Source: Candidatus Jacksonbacteria bacterium (GTDB lineage: Bacteria > Patescibacteriota > Patescibacteriia > UBA9629 > GWA2-43-13). From it: a DNA stretch of 37,314 nt. This document shows positions 33,012-37,314 of this stretch, piece by piece; within the stretch, counting starts at the first letter, position 1, and every line of letters begins with the position of its first letter. The notes under the pieces are model-generated. The model was not told the DNA's origin. It made no database searches and saw only the letters and a program-made list of their open reading frames with translations. A program made the position numbers and the translations under genes. The stretch spans positions 1 through 37,314 of the forward strand of contig JABIPD010000035.1 of NCBI GenBank assembly GCA_018698735.1, given 5' to 3'.

Positions 33012-33782
33012 TTACCCCCATCGAGTTGTTAAGAAAATTGCAATAAAACCAATAACAAAAAGAAGTGCGTATCTCCCAAGAATTCTTTTGGTAAACCCCT
33101 GTTTTCCAAAAATAAGATATTGCCGAATAATCCCTAACATAATATAAATCGAAAGTAACCAAAGGCCTGCGACAGCAAAAACAGTAGCTGGCCAAAGTGT
33201 GAGTGCGGCAAATGCCTCTACCGCTACAAGTGAAGGAATAAGGGTGCCTATTACTCTCGATTTTAACGGAATAAGATGATACTCCAACCACATCCAGGTA
33301 AAAAACAACGTACAGATTAATAAGACCAGAGCCATTACAAAAGGCGAAAAAAGAAGTATAGAAACAAAAGCAAACGAAACAGCGGCAGTAAGATACAATG
33401 AAAGCAAACTCAAAAAACCAGAATACTGAACTTTTAATGTCTGATGCTTTTCTTTTATATCTGGAGGAACAACCGAAACACTCAAAAATAATAAATTAAA
33501 GGGAATAAGCATAGCCATAAGAAAGACCCATGCATGCTTGAATATTTCCATATCTATAAAGATAAGGAATGCAATACTTAAAAGCAGCCACAACAGCTGA
33601 AAAACTAAGGTAATCCAAAATCGAATATTTCGAGTACTTAAAGACATTCGGTAATGGCGATAGACAATAAAGACAGCAATAATAAGCGCGCTCAGCCAGA
33701 AAAGCTGAGGAAAAAAAAGACTCATTTCTAGTATAACAAGCCCGAAAATGAGTGCCGCTATAAAACTCAAATATGAAACCAT
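33012..33782 (-). CDS. Polytopic integral membrane protein (about 8 TM), unknown function
   Basis: 256 aa, strongly hydrophobic throughout, with no recognisable motif. Confidence 0.7.
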   Translation of the reverse strand: MVSYLSFIAALIFGLVILEMSLFFPQLFWLSALIIAVFIVYRHYRMSLSTRNIRFWITLVFQLLWLLLSIAFLIFIDMEIFKHAWVFLMAMLIPFNLLFLSVSVVPPDIKEKHQTLKVQYSGFLSLLSLYLTAAVSFAFVSILLFSPFVMALVLLICTLFFTWMWLEYHLIPLKSRVIGTLIPSLVAVEAFAALTLWPATVFAVAGLWLLSIYIMLGIIRQYLIFGKQGFTKRILGRYALLFVIGFIAIFLTTRWG

Positions 33783-33931
33783 ATTAAATTAAATAAGAAA
33801 TCCTAAACCAGAAATCAGAAACAAATTCAAAACTTCTTTAAATTCCAAATTACAAACAGAAGTTTAAATAGCATAATCGATAAAACATACTCTATTTTTT
33901 TGCGTTCGTCTACCGACTAATATATTCGTTA

Positions 33932-34170
33932 TCCCTCCTTCGAGGGACAGGCTCTGTCTTTTGATCGTCATCCCCGACCCCGATCGGGGATCCATGCTCT
34001 TTTTATTTCTTCAGCCTATTGGATTCCTCTGCCCTTTGTCCGTCATCCTCAGCTTGACTGGGGATCCATGTGCTTCTTTCATGAGGCCATGGATTCCCGA
34101 TCGGGGTCGGGAATGACTGCAAAGGAATTTTTTCTTTCGTTTTATCCCCCCTCTTTGCATAAGAGGGGGT
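33932..34170. repeat. Cluster of REP-like hairpin elements
   Basis: Three copies of cgtcat(c/t)cc..ggg(g/a)atccatg lie at 33966-33995 and 34041-34070 (direct) and 34088-34117 (inverted), with a core palindrome ccccgatcgggg. Two further hairpins lie at 33933-33946 (ccctc/gaggg) and 34147-34169 (ccccctctt/aagaggggg). Confidence 0.75.
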
Positions 34171-34227
34171 TAGGGGGAGTTTTGCCCGTCATCGTCATGG
34201 TTATTGTCATCATGCCTTTCTGCCCGT

Positions 34228-35133
34228 CTACCGGCCAAAAGGAAACTGGTTTCCTACTGTTGGGTCTTCTATAAGAGGAGTAGATTTATTTCCAGAGGCA
34301 TCTACTGCCACAACCGAATAATAGTACGAAAGGCCAGAATTAACCGAGGTGTCTTCGTACGATGTTTTGTCGCTTTCATAACCAACAACAATTGGGTTAC
34401 CTATTAACCCCTGCTCTAAAGAACGATATATTTCGTAATGAGAAGGTATCTCTACTGAAGACGGCCGCCACGTAACACGTACCGATGCATTTTCTGTTGC
34501 AAAAACGTTAACATCGAGAGGTGGTGGCGGTGGAACAGTATCTTTTGGTGTTATTTCTACAGGAAAAATAGACGGAGAAGAAATAGTACTACTTGTTGGA
34601 AGCACAAAATAGTAATAATTATTCCCCAAAACAACTGTTGTGTCTCTAAACACTTGGGTTCCTAAAAAAACCAATGTTAAGCGGGTACCAACTTCTTCTG
34701 GAGTGTCTGATCGGTATACTGCAATGTGTTCGGCTCTTGTGTCTTCAGGGTCGTTCCATCTAACAACAACGTCTGTACCGGTTCCTACATTTAACGCCTC
34801 TACTTTTGTTGCTGGCGAAAGTTTCTCTGGGTGTTCTACAAAAACAGATTGCTGATCTGGAGCAACGAATCCATCAACTGAAAGCCTCTCTGCAAACAGA
34901 GGATTTTCTAACAAAGGCACTCCTAACGGTTTATTTAAAACACGAACTGGTTTCTGGGTAGTAGCAACAACTCCACCGGTCGAAACGACTGCAACTGGTG
35001 CTAAAGAAGAACTATTTGGACGCTTAGGAGCTATAAATCCTCGATAAAAAATAACAATCGATGACCCAAAAAAGAGCGTCATAATAACGGCGTAAATAAT
35101 CTTTTTTTTCTTAGATGTTTTTCTACGAATCAT
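34228..35133 (-). CDS. Membrane-anchored protein with two FN3-like domains, occupying the pilP position of the operon
   Basis: TM segment IIYAVIMTLFFGSSIVIFY. FN3-like units include VVVRWNDPEDTRAEHIAVYRS...NYYYFV and VRVTWRPSSVEIPSHYEIYRS...YYYSVVAVDASGNKS. The start codon lies 1 nt after the pilO stop. Confidence 0.75.
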   Translation of the reverse strand: MIRRKTSKKKKIIYAVIMTLFFGSSIVIFYRGFIAPKRPNSSSLAPVAVVSTGGVVATTQKPVRVLNKPLGVPLLENPLFAERLSVDGFVAPDQQSVFVEHPEKLSPATKVEALNVGTGTDVVVRWNDPEDTRAEHIAVYRSDTPEEVGTRLTLVFLGTQVFRDTTVVLGNNYYYFVLPTSSTISSPSIFPVEITPKDTVPPPPPLDVNVFATENASVRVTWRPSSVEIPSHYEIYRSLEQGLIGNPIVVGYESDKTSYEDTSVNSGLSYYYSVVAVDASGNKSTPLIEDPTVGNQFPFGR

Positions 35134-35134
35134 A

Positions 35135-35788
35135 TTACGGTAAATAATACGTGGTAAGACTTAATGAAAACACTGCCTGTGCTTGGCCAGAACCATCAAC
35201 TCCTTCACGAGAAGCAAATTGAACGCTATGAACATCGGTAATACGCTCGAATCTTTCTACCCCACGAAGCAACTCTTTAAATGATTTATAGGTACTTCCA
35301 CTTACCTGCAAAGAAATAGTTACCTTCTTTACCGAATCTAAAGCACCGCCTTGTTGTGCTGTTACGGACGGGGTTCCAAGTGAAATACCTCGGCCTCTTC
35401 GTTGGAGATTTTTTATTCCTTCGTCTTCAACGCTCATAGACTCTATCCTAAAACCAAGTGAATCCATAACGTTTTCTACCTGAGCAAACAAAGAACGAAC
35501 TTCTGGATCATTTGGAAGCACCGACAAAAGCAAATCTTCTGGCTGTTGTTTTACTCTTTCTAATTCAGCAGCAAGCTGCTGTCTTTGAGTTTCTTTTGTT
35601 TGAATTTGTTGATTCAAATCTCCTACCTCGCTCGATCTTAAAAACTGGAGTGGCTGCTGAAAAAGGAATATATAAGCAACAACTATCAAAATCGCTACCT
35701 CTAATAAAATAAGGAACGAAAGATTTCTACCGACAAATCGACGGAGAGTGCCTGTTTTCTTTTGTTTTTTTATCTTATTTACTGCCAT
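35135..35788 (-). CDS. pilO: PilO-like type IV pilus assembly protein
   Basis: Short basic N-terminus, a TM segment (LSFLILLEVAILIVVAYIFLF), a coiled coil (QQIQTKETQRQQLAAELERVKQQ), then an alpha/beta C-terminal domain. It overlaps pilN by 14 nt. Confidence 0.6.
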   Translation of the reverse strand: MAVNKIKKQKKTGTLRRFVGRNLSFLILLEVAILIVVAYIFLFQQPLQFLRSSEVGDLNQQIQTKETQRQQLAAELERVKQQPEDLLLSVLPNDPEVRSLFAQVENVMDSLGFRIESMSVEDEGIKNLQRRGRGISLGTPSVTAQQGGALDSVKKVTISLQVSGSTYKSFKELLRGVERFERITDVHSVQFASREGVDGSGQAQAVFSLSLTTYYLP

Positions 35789-36920
35789 ATAAACCTATAA
35801 GAAACGTAGGATCTAATTCTATTGCAAGAGAAAATGTAATGTCTACCATATTTGTAACAGCACTATTTTGCGGAGCTGGTAATGATTCAGACTCATCAGT
35901 TTCATTCGTATTTTCGACCGGAAGAGCTGGCACACCGTTTTGGACAACCGTGGTTTGCTCACCTCGGGTGTAGCGATCAAGGCCAACAGAGATAACTTCG
36001 GGTGATTGCTCAAAAACATTCCATTGCTGAAGCATGTCTTCTACCGAAGAAGCTGTTCCGTCGAGCTTATAGGTTCCAGGAGTTTCTTTGTTGAGTGAAA
36101 GATTTTTGTATTGAATACTCGAAAGTGTGTTTTTTTCAAAAAAATCTAAAAGGCGGGTCCAGTAGATATGATTATTATATAATTCTTCGGCAGAATTAAA
36201 CCTTCTCTGAAGAATAAGCATTTCCGTGTTGGTTGCCTGCAGTTGAGCAAGTGCTGCATCTAAGATAGTATTTCTTCCCTCTAGTTCTGCCAGCGTCGAT
36301 ATTTTCTTATCGACAAAATATTTTGTTCCTGCAAATAACACCCCAAGCACAACAACCGTCAAAATGCCCACAATAATAAGAGCCCTTTCTGATCTATGGT
36401 TGCTTCTGTCTTCTAAAATATCTTTACTAATCAAGTTTACCTGCATTCCTTTATTTTTTTGCTGAGTTTTTTGAGGTGCAGCTTTTACTGCTTGGCCGTT
36501 CACTTTCTGAGCAGATCGTTTCTTTTTGATAAACAATGAAAACGGAAATATTTCAGAAATATCTTTCTTCGGTTTTGGTGGAGATTGTTTTTTTACCGGT
36601 TTTTGTTTTGGCGGTGCTGGTGGTGCTACTCCTGGTTTAACCACTGGTTGTGGAGCAACTACAATCGGCTGCACAGTTCTTTGTATTGGCTGATTTTTTA
36701 CTTTTAATTTCGAGGCTTGCTTTTGTTTTGGGACAAGAGCTTTTTCGGTATCTTTCTTATGTAACCACGAAAACACCCCCGCCTTCTTTTTGGCAGGTTT
36801 TGGAGGAGGAGCCACAGAGCGCGTATACGAAACCTTAGACTCTTGCTGCTTTTGCTGCAATGCCTTTTTATGCTCTTCTGCTTCTTGCTCTCTTAAGTTT
36901 TTTGGTAACAAATTAACCAC
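35775..36920 (-). CDS. pilN: PilN-like type IV pilus assembly protein with a ~150-aa basic Pro/Lys-rich insertion
   Basis: GTG start at 36920 gives (M)VNLLPKNL, an INLLP-type PilM-binding motif. A second copy, MQVNLISKDIL (ATG 36446), lies just before the TM segment ALIIVGILTVVVLGVLFAG. A coiled coil and a C-terminal domain follow. Confidence 0.6.
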   Translation of the reverse strand: MVNLLPKNLREQEAEEHKKALQQKQQESKVSYTRSVAPPPKPAKKKAGVFSWLHKKDTEKALVPKQKQASKLKVKNQPIQRTVQPIVVAPQPVVKPGVAPPAPPKQKPVKKQSPPKPKKDISEIFPFSLFIKKKRSAQKVNGQAVKAAPQKTQQKNKGMQVNLISKDILEDRSNHRSERALIIVGILTVVVLGVLFAGTKYFVDKKISTLAELEGRNTILDAALAQLQATNTEMLILQRRFNSAEELYNNHIYWTRLLDFFEKNTLSSIQYKNLSLNKETPGTYKLDGTASSVEDMLQQWNVFEQSPEVISVGLDRYTRGEQTTVVQNGVPALPVENTNETDESESLPAPQNSAVTNMVDITFSLAIELDPTFLIGLYGSK

Positions 36921-36947
36921 AGGGAATTAAACAAAATTTAAAACACC

Positions 36948-36963
36948 CTATACTATAGTATAG
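36948..36963. promoter_or_regulatory. 16-bp perfect palindrome upstream of pilN (contains TATACT/TATAGT -10-like hexamers)
   Basis: ctatactatagtatag lies 28-43 nt upstream of GTG 36920. Confidence 0.35.
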
Positions 36964-37049
36964 CACGGCTTTCTTTTCTTTTTTAATTTTCTCTTTTTGT
37001 ATTCTATTATCATGTTGCTTTATTTTTCTTTCTGCACTTGTCTCTGCTC

Positions 37050-37314
37050 TTAATTTGCAACTCCCTCAAGCGTACGAGGAAGAGTGAATCTTTCGTCTGT
37101 AAAGCCGGGGGGTGGATTGGTAAAAATCCGAGCGTCGTACAAAATAGTTTCTGTTGGATATTCAAACGAGGTGCCTTCAATTATTCCTTGAGCTGGATCA
37201 GAGACTGTTAAGAAAGTATTTGGCTCTCTCGCAGGACAAAGCCTTCTTGAGCCTTCATCATCCACCACCTCTAATGCCCAATAATAACGTGTGTTCAGAG
37301 AAAGATTCGTTGGA
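37050..37314 (-). CDS. 3' end of a gene whose start lies beyond the right window edge; unknown product, not PilM-like
   Basis: The listed ORF 37050..37268 begins at a GTG, but the frame stays open to position 37314 (..PTNLSLNTRYYWALEVVDDEGSRRL..). Confidence 0.6.
   Translation of the reverse strand, partial: PTNLSLNTRYYWALEVVDDEGSRRLCPAREPNTFLTVSDPAQGIIEGTSFEYPTETILYDARIFTNPPPGFTDERFTLPRTLEGVAN

Noticed and set aside
32932-33147. A 71-aa hydrophobic plus-strand ORF following AT-rich repeat copy 2.
   Set aside because: It overlaps the 3' 135 nt of the well-supported 8-TM gene on the opposite strand. It is probably fortuitous in T-rich antisense sequence.
34068-34407. ORFs 34068..34274 and 34204..34407 (MDSRSGSGMTAKE.., PPSLHKRGLGGVL).
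   Set aside because: They are translations of the REP hairpins, and one overlaps the 3' end of the FN3 gene. They are classic repeat-derived junk ORFs.
1-37314. Alternative genetic code (UGA recoding, as in some CPR lineages).
   Set aside because: ORFs of 10 kb, 4 kb and 2.3 kb are intact under the standard code. TGA terminates the GxxExxY gene at a family-typical length.

Overview
This is an AT-rich bacterial chromosome segment. It is almost entirely minus-strand coding and uses the standard code: TAA and TGA act as stops and the long ORFs are intact. The gene content and the junk-ORF-generating REP types suggest a Patescibacteria/CPR-like genome, but that is inference only.

Gene content:
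1. A cell-envelope island. It holds three giant Thr/Ser-rich surface proteins: one of >1420 codons cut by the left edge and missing from the ORF track, one of 1354 aa, and one of 3376 aa. It also holds an S8 protease with FG-GAP repeats and a TPR protein.
2. A nucleotide-sugar/glycosylation module (GT2, Ugd, two SDR enzymes) interrupted by a GxxExxY PD-(D/E)XK gene.
3. An ECF-type sigma factor with an anti-sigma-like partner. Nearby is a monocistronic lexA, divergent from a small membrane-protein gene.
4. A pilN-pilO-FN3 operon plus membrane proteins directly upstream of the 3376-aa gene.
5. Two RAYT (REP-associated tyrosine transposase) paralogues.

Non-genic structure worth a second look:
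- A 40-bp promoter-bearing arm always occurs as inverted pairs. Two pairs form gene-less ~110-bp MITE-like units, one pair boxes in the GxxExxY gene, and one is degenerate.
- GTAG-headed REP doublets occur intergenically and also in frame inside both RAYT ORFs.
- Several start codons lie 6-13 nt from -10 hexamers with no Shine-Dalgarno, a near-leaderless design.
- An orphan promoter-to-terminator unit of ~140 nt may be an sRNA or encode a 21-aa hydrophobic peptide.
- A ~430-nt structured leader precedes the 1354-aa surface protein gene.
- A 24-bp perfect palindrome abuts the ATG of the 3376-aa gene.

I recognised no rRNA, tRNA or CRISPR.
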